From Octopus sinensis (Eukaryota): a DNA stretch of 64,000 bases. The notes beneath the pieces are model-generated. The model did no database searches. It was given only the letters and a program-made list of their open reading frames with translations, and had not been told where the DNA came from. Within the stretch, counting starts at the first letter, position 1. Every line of letters begins with the position of its first letter. This document shows, one piece after another, positions 12,226 through 26,078 of this stretch. The stretch is from the NCBI RefSeq assembly GCF_006345805.1, contig NC_043002.1, positions 620,001 to 684,000 of the forward strand, in the 5' to 3' direction. Both the position numbers and the translations under genes were made by a program.

Positions 12226-13715
12226 GTCCTCCGGGCAATAACAGAGGAATTCAAGACAGGCTGTCCTTGGAAGCTCTTCTATACCAATGACCTTGCTCTA
12301 ATAATTGAGTCATTACCAGAACTAGAGATGAGATTTCAGGTATGGAAGCAAGGTCTAGAATCAAAAGCCTTTAGAGTCGATCTAGCAAAAACTAAAGTCC
12401 TAGTAAGTAGGAAGGCTGACAAATCACAAACCCCTTCAGGTAGATGGCCCTGCTTGATCTGTAGAAAAGGTGTAGGTAGAAACTCCATAAAATGTACCTG
12501 GTGTAAGCTATGGACACATAAGAGGTGCAACAATATCAAAGGAAGGTTAACTGAGAAGACAGTTTTTGTGTGTGGCAAATGCACAGGGGCAACAAACACC
12601 AAAGATGTACAGAAAACAGATACCATCACATGCCAATGGGAGAAACTAGAAGTAATTGATAGCTTCCACTCCCTAGATGACCGAGTCTGTAGTGGGGTGA
12701 ATGCTCTGAGAATGTTGCCACTAGAATAAGAATAGCCTGGGAACAGTTCAGAAAGCTCATACCTCTGCTGGTAACAAATGGCCTCTCACTCAGAGTGAAA
12801 GGTAGACTGTATGATGCATGTGTGCAAACAGCCATGCTAAACAACAGTGAAACATGGGCTGTGACTGCTGAGGACATATGGAAGCTCACAAGGAATGAAG
12901 CCAATATGCTCCGCTGGATGTGTAATGTCAGTGTGTATACACGACAGAGTGCGAGTGCCCTGAGAGAACATTTGGACATAAAAAGCATTAAATGTGATGT
13001 GCAAGAAAGATGACTGCACTGGTATGGTCATGTGTTGTATGAAGAAGTGTCGCACCCTAACAGTGGAAGGAACCCTGGAAGACAGGGAGACCCAGGAAGA
13101 CATGGGATGAGGTGGTAAAGCACAACCATCGAACAGAAGCAATGGGCCTAACAGAAGCAATGACAAGAGACTGAGACTTTTGGAGATATGCTGTGATTGA
13201 GAAGACCCGGCAAGTAAAGTGAGATCACAGCCATGGCTGATACCAGTGTCACATAACCAGCCCATTTAAAAGTATCCTTGAATTGTAGGGCCATACGCTG
13301 TGCTAGAGAAGACCTATTGAGTCAAGTAAAATCAAAAATCAAAATCAAAATGGAAATTGTAGCTGTGGCCGATGCTAGTACCACCTGACTTGCACCTGTG
13401 CTGGTGCCACATAATAAGCACCATTCGGGTGCGAATCAATACCAGTGTCACCCCATGCCAATGTCACATAAAAAAGCACCTTCTGAACATGGGCAATTCC
13501 AGTACTGCCTGATTGGCTCCTGTGCTGGTAGCACATAAAAAGCACCCACTACACTCTTGGAATGGTTGGCATTAGGAAGGGGATCCAGCTGCAGAAACTT
13601 TGCCAGATCAGACTGGAGCCTGGTGCAGCCTACTGGCTTCCCAGACCCCAGTCAAACTGTCCAACCCATACCAGGATGGAAAACAGACGTTAAACGATAA
13701 TGATGATGATGATGA
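12226..13715 (+). mobile_element. 5'-truncated RTE LINE
   Basis: ORF 12328-12729 with PHD finger CLIC...CTWC..THKRC...CGKC; RLYDACVQTAML; modular 3' UTR; (GAT)n tail. Confidence 0.9.
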
Positions 13716-13874
13716 AATTGTTCATCTTTGCTTCTTACAGCCATTTCAATTGATCCTCAATAATTTAATTACAAATTTGTACATTAAATTTACATTTGAG
13801 TGAGATGAGCATAATTTCATCAGTGGGAAAAAAAGATGTACCTCCATAAGTAGGAAAGGAGTTGGAAGAAATAC

Positions 13875-14365
13875 CATTCACTGCACCCAGTGTAAACTAT
13901 GGACACATAAGAGGTGCAGTGGAATCACAGGTAGATTAACAGATAAAGTCATCTTTGTATGCAGCAGATGTGCAGGAACAACAAGCACTAAAAGCACACG
14001 GGAATTAGATTCTCTCAAATGCCCAGGAGGCTCTCCTGATGTTGTAGATAGTTTTTGTTTCCTAGGTAACCAAATTTGCAATGGTGGAGGATGCTCTGAA
14101 AGTATTGTTTCTAGAATAAGAATTGGGTAGAGGAAGTTCAGAGAGCCATTACCTTTGTTGGCAAGGAAAAGACTCTGTCTCAAAGTGAAAGGTAGACTAT
14201 ATGATGCTTGTATGCGAACGGCTATACTCCATGGTAGTGAGACATGGGCTCAGAAAGCAGAAGACATGTGTAGACTGGAGAGAAATGAAGGTAGTATGCT
14301 CTGTTGGATGTGCAACATCAGTGCACATGTAAAACAAAGTGAAAATGTATTGAGAGAAAATCATA
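13875..14365 (+). mobile_element. Internal RTE LINE fragment
   Basis: CTQCKLWTHKRC and KVKGRLYDACMRTAILHGSETWA. Confidence 0.85.
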
Positions 14366-14574
14366 TATACCAAATATACCAAAGACACTATGATGTATTG
14401 GTATATTTATTTATTTTTGTATATATCTATTATTTTTTTACCCCTTTCTTATCTTGAAAAATTGCCATGCAATAAAAGCTGGTTTGAAATCCTTTTTAAT
14501 CTTTCTTATACCCATTTATATTAAAATTTACTTTCAGTTTAGCATTCTGCCTTATTATTATTATTTCCTTTACT

Positions 14575-14597
14575 ATATATATTTAAATATATATATA

Positions 14598-14670
<73 letters not shown>
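14575..14670. repeat. (TA)n microsatellite
   Basis: Direct reading. Confidence 0.95.
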
Positions 14671-14673
<3 letters not shown>

Positions 14674-15829
14674 GGTTTTATACATTTTATTTATTACAGT
14701 CTTACAACTATTTTTAAATGTGTTTGGCTGCATTCATGGTTCAATCTTATTGATTAATTGACTGATTGAAAAGATTGAGCCTTGAATGCACCTGAATTCA
14801 TAGATGAAACACCTGTAAGCCAAAAATTAATAAGATAAATGTATATAATCCATTATTTCTGTGCATTTTATGCATCGCTCTGTAAAAACATACCATAAAA
14901 GCTGTGTAGGAGAAGCAAAGATTAACAAATTTGACTGGAAATGGACTTTGATTTGGATTACTTGATCTACAAGACTGATCATAAGACTTTATTGTTAGCC
15001 TGGTATAAAATGTTTTCACCGAGAACTTAAGAAGTATTTCTAGTGGATTATTAATCCCTTTTTGTGTTGATATATATATATGTATATATGTTTGTGTGTG
15101 TGTGTTTGTGTGTATAAACTATAAACATATTACTCTGGGTACAAGTGTGCATGTACCTGAGCATGAATAACACTTGTCAACAACAAATTTATTGCCTAAA
15201 GTTTCTTAGCTGATTTAGGACAATTCTTTTGTGCTAAATCCAAAAATCACATCAGTTTTGCTGAATCAGGTCAGTTTTTTGAACGAAGCGCACATGTTAT
15301 TTTTTGCATTTTCGTTTACATATACAGGTATTTTTGCTTGGATTGAATGAACCTTTTGCCTTCACCAAGAGGAATTCTGTAGTGATGAGGATGGCTAATA
15401 TCTAACTTTGATAAAATTCAGTTGCAATAAATGTTGCTGGCAGGAAGTCACCAAAATAGCTTTCATCACTGAACTGTGTCTGTCTGTGTCCTACTTCAAT
15501 GCAGCTACGTTGTGTCATGTCTTCCACTGTTGAAGATCTGTGCCTAAGTTAGACATCTTCATTTCTTTTCTCTTGACATAACATAGTTTTACCTATTTGT
15601 TTGTTTGTTTGTTTGGTTTTTTACCTCACTCACAATAAACTCAGCAAAAAAACAAAACTGTTTCAAGTGAAAGAATAACAATGAAACCTAATTCCATACA
15701 AAAAGCTTCAAACTTTGTCTGTTACACTTGAATGCAGACACACAGACATCCATTCGTATCTGGTTATTTACATTCATGCACATCATTAAATATCACGTGA
15801 ATTCATACCACCCTCTACACACAAATACA

Positions 15830-16200
<371 letters not shown>

Positions 16201-16354
16201 AGAGAGAGCAATAAGAAAATGGGGGGATCAATAGGTGGTTCGTCAACTTTTAGACATTATATTATGTCAATTTATTTATTTATTTACTAAAATGACAATT
16301 ACAAGAATATACATACATGTATAACATATTATGCTTTACATATTAAATATATTA

Positions 16355-17395
16355 AGATGGGCCGTGACTGCTGAGGATATGCGTAAGCTCACAAGAAAAG
16401 AAGCCAGTATGCTCCAATGGATGTGTAATGTCAGTGTTCATACTCGACAGAGTGTAAGTACCTTGAGAGAAAAGTTGGACCTAAGAAGCATCAGATGTGG
16501 TGTGCAAGAGAGACGACTGCGCTGGTATGGTCATGTGGAAAGAATGGATGAGGATAGCTGTGTGAAAAAGTGCCACACCCTAGTGGTTGAGGGAACCTGC
16601 GGAAGAGGTGGACCCAGGAAGACCTGGGATGAAGTGGTGAAGCACAACCTTCGAACATTAGGCTTCACCGAGGAAATGACTAGTAACTGAGACCCTTGGA
16701 AATACGCAGTGCATGAGAAGACCTGGCAAGCCAAATGAGACCATCACCTGTGGCCCATGCCAGGAGCATAACCAGCCCACTTATGCGTACCTTTTCCTTC
16801 TTTGGTTACTAAACTCTGATTGTGAAGACCTGTTGAGGCAAGTGAAATCAAAATCAAATTAGATGACTGGCATCCGTACAAGCGGGGTGCAAAGAGCACC
16901 ATACAAGTGTGATCGTCGACAGAGTGGCTAATCGGTTTCCGTGCCAGTGGCACATAAAAGGCACCATTCGAGTATGATCATTAGCAGTGTCGCCTTACTG
17001 GCACTTGTACCCTGTGCTAGTAGGGTGCTAAGAGCACAATCCGAGTGTGATCGTTGCCAGAGCGGCTAACTGGCTTCTATACCAGTGGCACGTAAAAGGG
17101 CACCATTCGAGCATGATCACTACCAGCGTCACCTTACTGGCACTTTGCCGGTGGCACACGTAAAAACATTTGAGCAAGGTCATTGCCAGTTCCGCCTGAC
17201 TGGGCCTCGTGTCGGTGGCACATAAAAAGCACCCACTACACTCTCGGAGTGGTTGGCATTAGGAAGGGCATGCAGCTGTAGAAACTCTGCCAGATCAAGA
17301 TTGGAGCCTGATGCAGCCATCAGGTTCGCCAGTCCTCAGTCAAATCGTCCAACTCATGCCAGCATGGAAAGCGAACAGTAAACGATGATGATGAT
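16355..17395 (+). mobile_element. 5'-truncated RTE LINE with expanded modular 3' UTR
   Basis: WAVTAEDMRKL...RLRWYGHVERMDEDSCVKKC; several GTGGCAC(A/G)TAAAA modules; (GAT)n tail. Confidence 0.9.
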
Positions 17396-17619
17396 ATAAA
17401 GATACCATTAATTATTAAAAGATACCGGAATATAAATTGGAAAATATCTTACAGCTGTTTCAGCCAAGAGGCAAAATTACCTCATTCTACTTTTATTCCT
17501 CCAGTGTTTCTTCATACTTTACTTTGAATATATATACACACACACACACATATATGTATATGTCTACACACACACACACACAAACACATGCACACATATA
17601 TATGCATATGTATTCTTTT

Positions 17620-17810
17620 ATTTTTTTACTTGTTTCAGTCATTCATCTGCAGCCATGCTGGAGCACCGTCTTTAGTCGGGCAAATTGACCCCAGGACTTA
17701 TTCTTGGTAAGCCTTGTACACTTTTGGCGAACTGCTAAGTTATGGGGACATCAACACCCAACATTGGTAGTCAAGTGATGGTGGGGGGACAAACACAGAC
17801 ACACAAATAT
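17620..17810 (-). mobile_element. Partial tRNA-derived SINE (3' half)
   Basis: TTACTTGTTTCAGTCATT..GCAGCCATGCTGGAGCACCG, same family as 24295-24700. Confidence 0.75.
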
Positions 17811-17833
17811 ACACACACACACACTCACATATG

Positions 17834-17865
<32 letters not shown>

Positions 17866-18196
17866 ATATATATATATATTATATATATATATTATATATA
17901 TATATATAATATATATATATATATGTATATAAATTTTGAGTTAGAGGTTATGTAACATCTAAGGGATAGATGTATCTGTAGGCACTGTTTTCTTTTTTCC
18001 TTTTTCTCCTATCTATATTCTGCCGATAAACTCTAAATCACTCTGACAATGTTTGTTAAATGAAACGAGATAAATGCAAATTTACTTCGAAATAACAAAC
18101 TGAAATAGCTGTAAATGTTCTTGAACTACAATTAAACTATGACCTTTTAATACCTATGATCAACTTCTAGTTGTTAATTGTTGCTCCATTTCTTTT

Positions 18197-18233
<37 letters not shown>

Positions 18234-18239
18234 GACATG

Positions 18240-20560
18240 CCTTACCTCCTGACCCCTCGTGAAAGTTATGCTGGTATCATCATCATTTTGGCCGGAATGC
18301 TAGGAAGTGCATTCAATCATGCTCTTATTTGAGCCAGGGAAACGCCACTACGGGATGCTCCCAGTACACATCCCCGGAGCTGTGCATTTTTCATTAAAGG
18401 TCGTTGATTAGGCGAATTTTTCCTGGTAAATTCCAGTGAGACTTGTAGTATTTGGCCACTGAAATTCGTCAAGGACAAGCCTCCTCTATCAGACGTCACC
18501 CTGCAAGCTGTCAACCACTCACTCATTTCAACATACAGTCAGGTCCCTCTTTTCCTGGATTTGGCCCTTCAGTGGGACTTCAAGTGGATTTCTATCATTG
18601 CTGATCTGCCCTATCCAATCCTAAGTGCAGATTTTCTCCATCATTTTTCCCTCATGGTTGATGTTCATAAGCAGAGACTGGTAGACAGCACTACAGACCT
18701 CCATATTCCTGGACGAATATTGAATACTCCTGCAGCCAGCCCAGTTTTCTTCAAAGCCGCAGCTGGTGATCTGTATCAGGCTATTTTGACCTCTTTCCCA
18801 GAACTGACCAAGCTAAACATCCAAGTGAATAACCCTGCCCACTCAACAAGGCATTTTATTGCTACAACCGGGCCTCCTGTTTTTTCTCAACCATGTCGCC
18901 TACCTCCAGAGAAGCTTAAGGCAGCCAAGGCGGAGTTTGAACACATTCTCCAGCTAGGAATTATCTGCCCCTCCACCAGCCAATGGGCCTCACCACTGCA
19001 CATGGTCCCCAAAGGATCAGGCAACTGGCACCCTACAGGAGATTTCTGATGCCTAAATGCTATGACTGTCCTGGATCGTTATTCGACCCCTCATCTCCAG
19101 GACTTCATCCTTACAGGGTTGTACAGTATTGTCTAAGCTCAATCTGGTTCAGGCCTATCATCAGATTCCTGTGCACCCGGAAGACATCCCTAAAACTGCT
19201 GTGACAACACTGTTTGGCGCTTCTGAATTTCTGACAATGCCGTTTGGGCTGCGGAATGCTGCCAGTACATTCCAGTGCTTTATAGATGAGGTCATTCGTG
19301 GGCTGGACTTCATCACCTTGCTCCTCTTACTGAGCTTTTAAAGGATCGTAAGAACAAAAATGAACAAAAATTAAGCTTTTTCACTTTCACCTTCCCAAAT
19401 GGAACCCTTTCAAATGGTAAAGCGTGAACTTGCACAAACCTCGCTGTTAGCACACTCTGTTTATGGCACAAAGCTTTCACTTGTGATGGACGCATCAGAT
19501 ACAGCCATAGGCACTGCGTTGCAACAGTTCCATCAAGAGCATATGCAACCTTTGGCATTTTTCTCTCGGCAGCTGCAACCCACCGAGACCCGCTATTGCT
19601 CTTTTGGACGTGAATTATGGGCAATTTACCTGGCAGTAAAACACTCCTGTCATTACCTTGAAGGGAGACAGTTTACCATCTATACGGACCATAAATCCCT
19701 TACTTTCACCTTACAGTCTAAGCCTGAAAAATATTCGCCAAGGTAAACGAGACATCTTGATTTTGTTTCCCAGTCTACCAGCAACATTCAGCATATCTGA
19801 GGAACCCAGAACACTGCCGCTGACGCCTTGTCCCGTTTGCCAATCAACTCATTCGCACCCACTTCTACAATTGACTAAAATGGTTTTAACCTCAGACCAG
19901 TCTCCTTTGGATTCATCTGACACCACATCTGCTGAATTTGCAACATGTAAATTCAAGCACCTGCCCATACCAACTGCTGACAGGAGCATCTTGTGCGACA
20001 TATCGACAGAGTCACCTCGACCCTTCATTCCGGAGAAGCACTGCAGGGTTGTCTTTGATGCTTTGCATAATCTGGCTCATCCTGGCATCGTGGCCTTGGT
20101 AAAACACTTTACGGCTAGATTTTTCTGGCCAAACATGGGATGTTACCGAATGGTCTTGCACCTGTCTTCAATGCCAAAAGTCTAAAGCACAAGCATATCT
20201 GGGCACCTCTCAGTACTTTTAAATCCCCTGACGCCCATTTCTCTCATGTGCATATTGATATTGTGGGGCAGTGGCCTATCAGTCAGGGATTTACATATAT
20301 CTTGACATATTGATTGCCTCAACCGATGGCCTGAAGCAATTCCGTTAACAGACATTACTTCTGAATCCTTAGCGTGAGCTCTAGTATCAGGATGGATATC
20401 ATGCTATGGTGTTCCCACCACCATCACTACAGACCATGGCAGGCAGTTAGAGTCACACCTCTTTTCCAAGTTGGCAAAAATGCTCTCATCCCGGATCGGA
20501 ATAAATACTCCATGGACATGAAGTCTTTGAAAACTCATACGAGTTGTTGTTCCTCACTGG
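18240..20560 (+). mobile_element. Decayed Ty3/Gypsy internal region (CsRn1/Kabuki-like): gag knuckle, protease, RT, RNase H, integrase; no LTRs seen
   Basis: gag CWYHHHFGRNARKCIQSC; protease IADLPYPILSADFL; [32 protein letters not shown]; RNase H DASDTAIG, RELWAIY, YTDHK; integrase HNLAHPG, HVHIDIVG, RWPEAIP. Confidence 0.93.
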
Positions 20561-20933
20561 ATTAATTCCTACAGCTATCAAAGGATGACCAAACACTTTA
20601 TAAAATTAGTGAGCTAAAAGCTCGCTAAAGGTCTTAATTACATATATACGTGTGTGAGGACTAGAAATCTACGGATGCACAAAACAGAGGAAGTAGAACA
20701 TATGGACAACTTGTTCAGAAACACCCCCAAGTGGGGAAGGGTCCTCAAAAGTAACCTCTAATTGTTTTTGCCACAAATTCCTATGTTCTTGGAATCTACA
20801 TAGTATATTTGTAGAAAATTTCATTAAAAAATATCAATTTTTCTGAAAGTTATGTTCATCCAAAGTCGGGGGTGGGGGCAGGAATCTGTAGTTATGCCCC
20901 AATTCCATCGGCAGAAACCATAACAGCTGTTGA

Positions 20934-21900
20934 CACGAGGACAGAACCTACAGCAGAACCAATAAGACCACCACCACCACTGCATCAAGCAGCCTTAGTG
21001 ACATCAACTGTAGTGCTGACTACTGCTATCCCATTGGCACCATCACTAACCTTGACCACACTGACATTGTCTCAAACACCAGCCTTACAAACAGCTTCCC
21101 CAATAGCAGACATGACAAGTCGTGCGGCCCTGTTTATGGCAGCAGTAGCAGACCCAGTGTCAATACCAACTATATTGGGGACAATACCAACAGCAGCAGC
21201 AGTGACCCTAGCAGAGGCACCAGCATAGATGTGAATACTGGTAACCCTGACAACAATAATGGTACCCCCATCACTGCAGAAGATAACAATAATAGTTACA
21301 CCTTTGGCTACAGTGTTAGTAACTAAAGCACCCCCTCCATAACTGGCAATAACAATAACATTACCAACGCCACCCCAACCTTTGCCAACACCAGCACCAA
21401 CAGCCCCGACTCCAGCAACAACATTGTCAACAACAGCATCATCAGCAACATTAATAATGTCAACAGGTGCAGAGTCAGTAACACCACCGACACAACCACC
21501 ACCACCAACAACCCCGGCCCCAGCATCATCAGTATCAACAGCATCAACAGCAGCAGCAATAGTGCCAACAGCAGCAGCAGCAACAGCAGCAGCAGCAACA
21601 GTAATAGGCATGATACCAACATCACCCGTCCAAGGAAATACATTCGTTACATGGGAAATTCCTTTGAAAAATGTCTTTCCAAGCATAAATCCTCCTTCAG
21701 GGTCCAGAAAAGGAGATACATAACATCACTGGCCAGCCATGTTCGGCAACTAAAGGAAGATGGAATTCCACACTCAATCTCAATGGAATGAAAAGCTGTA
21801 AGCTATGCATAGCCAAACACACAAAAATCCTAAAAAACTCACACAAACCGGGGAACATTCTGAACTCCAGAACAGAGATTTTCAGAGTGTACTTAGAAGA
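20934..21900 (+). mobile_element. Penelope-like relic: S/N/T-rich low-complexity frame running into a truncated GIY-YIG domain
   Basis: Frame +3 (one stop near 21324) ends RKYIRYMGNSFEKCLSKHKSSFRVQKRRYITSLASHVRQLKEDGIPHSI; downstream NILNSRTEIF matches the PLE C-terminal LN.R.E motif. Confidence 0.6.
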
Positions 21901-22009
21901 TTTCTACTAATATTCTGGGAACCACATAATAGCAGTAATAGCGAAAATAACACCACAGTCGGAAGTTGATTGCTGATGGGAGGGAGAGATAAACCTCTGT
22001 TGTTTTACC

Positions 22010-22250
22010 TTCATAGCTGAACAATCGAAGGAGAGGAGCTTTCTCCGTCCGGGTTGCGGATCCGTGGAACAAGCTGCCAGACGAGATGGTGAAGATGCCG
22101 ACGACCGCTTTGTTCAAAGCCTCCCTGGACCTCAAGTGGCCTGAACTCTTTACATGAACACCACCCTGTACTTAACTCCATGTCCCCCTACATGGCCTTG
22201 CTATTTGCTTTTGAGCCAAATTAACTAACTAACTAACTAACTAACTAACA
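22010..22250 (+). mobile_element. Short 3' end of a CR1-like LINE with (TAAC)n tail
   Basis: RRRGAFSVRVADPWNKLPDEMVKMPTTALFKASLD (F..RV...WN.LP motif), then (TAAC)n. Confidence 0.85.
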
Positions 22251-22364
22251 TGGCAACATAGCTGGAAGCCAGCAGCAAAAAGGCAGACAATTACATCCGT
22301 ATTGTATTCCCTCTTGATATTTTAAGAGGTCATTAAACCAGCCTTCACCAGTAAGAAATATATC

Positions 22365-22750
22365 ATCATCATCATCATCATCATCATCATTTAATGTCCA
22401 TTTTCCATGCTGGCATGGATTGGACAGTTCAACTGGGGTTTGGGAAGCCAGGAGGCTGCACCAGGCTCCTATCTGATCTGGCAAGGTTTCTACAGTTGGA
22501 TGCCCTTCCTAACGCTAACCACTCCGAGAATGTAGTTGGTGCCTTTTACGCGCTACTGGCACAGGGGCCAGAGGGGGCTGGCATTGACCACATTCAGATA
22601 TTGCTTTTATGTGCCACTGGCACAGGAGCCAGAGGGGGCTGGCATCAACCATGTTTGGATGGTGCTTTTACATGCCACCGGCACGGAAGCCAGTCAAGGT
22701 GGCGCTGGCATCAGCCATGATCTCACTTTACTTGCTGGCTCTTTCTCTCA
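22365..22750 (-). mobile_element. RTE LINE 3' UTR fragment
   Basis: (CAT)n followed by TTTAATGTCCATTTTCCATGCTGGCATGG and inverted GTGGCAC modules. Confidence 0.85.
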
Positions 22751-22772
22751 GTCATAGCATATCTTCAGAGCA

Positions 22773-22960
22773 GACATGACAATGCACCCACTGACAGACC
22801 GTGCAGTCCTGTTTATGGCAGCAGTAGCAGACCCAGTGTCAATACCAACAGCAGCAGTGGCGACCCTAGCAGAGGCACCAGCATAGATGTGAATAATGGT
22901 AATCCTGACAACAATAATGGTACCCCCACCGCTAGGGAAGATAACAATAATAGTAACACC
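22773..22960 (+). repeat. Diverged local duplicate of 21110-21302
   Basis: Shared text CCTGTTTATGGCAGCAGTAGCAGACCCAGTGTCAATACCAAC...GAAGATAACAATAATAGT. Confidence 0.85.
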
Positions 22961-24294
22961 TTATATATATATAAGTATATTACTGACTACACATGCTCAA
23001 TGTATGCGTTTTGCTTGTTCACTGGTAGGTTGTGATTTAGCACAGTGGAGATGACTACCTCAAAGTGCAGAGTTATTAAAACACCTGAAGGTCATAGAGA
23101 GACAAGACTCTTTACTCCAAATCCCATTTAGGAGCGATGGATGGTGAAACACCACAGTGACTAGGCATTCACAAACTGTGGCTTAACTAAAATATGTTTC
23201 AGCTTCCAAAGACAGATTCACTACAGTTACCATGGAGAAAAAATTTTTCTTTTATGGTAAAAGGTGGAGAACCCCTATACCTACCTAGTGTTGCCCTCTA
23301 TCAAGTTCCCATCACCACTATCACACCATCTGCACCATTATGATTACAACTATGAATATAAATTCGACACGGGCGATTCTTTCTTGTCTTGCCATTCACG
23401 GTCAAATGGCTGGGTGGAATTGTGCGAAAAATTATAGATGTGTAGAATGATCTGGTGGTGATGCTGGACATTGTATTATTTTCATAGCTCCCATGGTTAC
23501 CGAGATAATCTACCATAATAATACTCTTGTGTTTATAAATGAGAAAGGAAGGGATGATGAAAATTGTATGAATATATGTGTGTATGTAAAAGGGGTGTAT
23601 GTGAATGTGTGTGTGTTTGTGCGTGTGTGCGTCTGTGCACACAATGGAAGTGGGATGGTTCACCTTTGTCTGCTTAGTATTTGGGTTTATTTTTTTGATT
23701 TGGTTGAATTATGGTTATTTTTTGGGGGGCCAGTTATTTTTAACGTTTTGACAGAAAAAAGTCATTCTAAAATTGTTTTTTAATGTAAGCGTACCCAAAC
23801 AAGTCGAATGCTTACACAGAGCAGGTTTTACAGCCACATCATCCAAACCAACCGGGTGAAACCGGGCTTAGCGGTTAATGAACTTGTAAAACACGTCTAT
23901 TGACACATTACATTTTTACATATCTTCAGAAAAGAATTTTCAAACATTTGTCATTGTAAATCTATAGAGTTCAATAATCATTCTTTGTAACAATGAAAAT
24001 AAAAATTTGTTATTTCATGCAGCAATGAATCTTCTATGCTTTTTTTGTCCTATTTTTGAGCTATTTTTTAATCTGTTTTTCAACATTTAAAACTGCAAGT
24101 TGTAGCTGGTTATCATAGCTAAAAACACCCACCCATAATTTTAAAAATATTTCTAAAAATACTGTAAAAAACATTGGTTTTCACATTTTTGTTCACGAAA
24201 ATGATATTTGCTGCCAAGTTTTGTCCTTGAAAGTACTTGAAACAATTGCCATCAATAAATGTTTTTTGTTTTTTTTAACATGTAGACTAATTCT

Positions 24295-24700
24295 GATTCT
24301 CTTTACTCTTTTACTTGTTTCAGTCATTTGACTGCAGCCATGCTGGAGCACCGCCTTTAGTCGAGCAAATCGACCCCGGGACTTATTCTTTGTAAGCCCA
24401 GTACTTATTCTATCGGTCTCTTTTGCCGAACCGCTAAGTGATGGGGACGTAAACACACCAGCATCGGTTGTCAAGCAATGCTAGGGGGACAAACACAGAC
24501 ACACAAACCCACACACACACACATATATATATACATATATACGACAGGCTTCTTTCAGTTTCCATCTACCAAATCCACTCACAAGGCATTGGTCGGCCCG
24601 GGGCTATAGCAGAAGACACTTGCCCAAGACGCCACGCAGTGGGACTGAACCCGGAACCATGTGGTTGGTTAGCAAGCTACTTACCACACAGCCACTCCTG
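24295..24700 (-). mobile_element. Full-length tRNA-derived SINE
   Basis: Head GGAGTGGCTGTGTGGTAAG...GGTTCCGGGTTCAGTCCC; CORE-like CTTGGGCAAGTG; internal TA/TG repeat; tail GGCGGTGCTCCAGCATGG...GAAACAAGTAAAAGAG. Confidence 0.85.
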
Positions 24701-26016
24701 CACCTATTCTACAGAATATCTTAGAATAATCTTGTTAGAATTTTCACAGAGGGTTTTTCAAGTATGGTGTTCTCAAAGGTCTTGCAATGCCATCAAGAAA
24801 CATGAAGTCAAACAGTGCTACAATTTACTATTCCATTTACTGGGAAGTTTCTAATGACCAATATCATTGAACTGTGAATTGTGAGCTGTTCTTAATGGTG
24901 TTCAAAACAAAATCAAAGACAAAGTCCTCGAAAAATCATATCTTAACTATTCTTTGGATGCTGACTCTAAATCGGGTTTCGTTGCATGTTAGTGTGTTGT
25001 GATTATCAACAACAACAGCAACAACAACAGCAACAACAACAGCAACAACAAAATCTATGTTTTCTTCCTTGAGAAAACAATCCTTGTTTTGTGCCATTTC
25101 TCAGTTCCTGAATCTGTGGGCACAAATTTTGAACCTTAACAAAGATAAAAATAAAGGAAAGACTTGGCATTCAGCAACATGTCGGATGGGGGATGAAAGT
25201 GTGTTTGTCAAGAATCCAACTTGCATGGCTGAAATTTGGCAATTTAGTGTCAAAGCTGCTTTTTTCTGGTGTTTATAATGTTGCTCCTTAAATTTTCCAC
25301 AACTCAAACATCCTGATTAATAAAGTTTAGTTCGATACAATAGAAATATTAGTCTTTCACAAACATAAAAGCTCTGGAACGTGCAGCTTTATCTTTCTGA
25401 TTTTGTAGAAAAAATGTTTCATAGAATTTGATAAAGGACAGGGAAAAGTTGGGGATAGAAATAGGATACCCAAGACTTTCTTTAGCTGTTGTTAAATTGC
25501 AAACTTTTATCTATTTATTTATTTAATTACATGCTGGCATCATTCATAACTTTGAAATAATTTTGGGTGTCACCGTTTAAGAGTGAACAACCTTTTCACC
25601 TGGCAAAATGGGTTCAGTCATAATGGCCCAACATTAATCAAAACAATTTTGACCAGGTGTTTTCAGATAGAACTGTCTCACCTCAGCTTGAGATGAATTT
25701 CTAAGAAAATAAAATATCTTTCAAGTGGGTCTTTAAACCAAATGTTTAACATCCAAACTTCTTACAGCACCAAGAAATGACCCCCTCGACTTTTTGAAAA
25801 TTATCAGCATACTTTCACTGTACAATTAGAACTACCAGGCACTAATTAAGAAAGTAGACATCATCATCATCATCATCATCATTTGACACTTGTGGTATTT
25901 TGTGGTAGATTTGATTTTAGTGTCTTTGGTCAAGAAATAAATTTGGAAACCAAAAGGATTCTGACTGAAGCTTCCAGAATAAAAGAATTGGAGATATCTT
26001 GCTCAAAGGCAGAAGT

Positions 26017-26078
<62 letters not shown>

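Noticed and set aside
17445-17495. Hammerhead-like GAAACAGCTGTA motif (minus; similar remnants near 185 and 18100)
   Set aside because: The CUGANGA half is destroyed; treated as decayed Penelope-like ends
20872-21723. Mucin-like T/P/A-rich ORFs as a host gene
   Set aside because: Low-complexity tract is open in several frames, has in-frame stops, and its +3 frame leads into a Penelope GIY-YIG
23301-23783. Overlapping ORFs on both strands near 23.3-23.8 kb
   Set aside because: Partly TG/CA repeat; no recognisable motif or convincing splice sites
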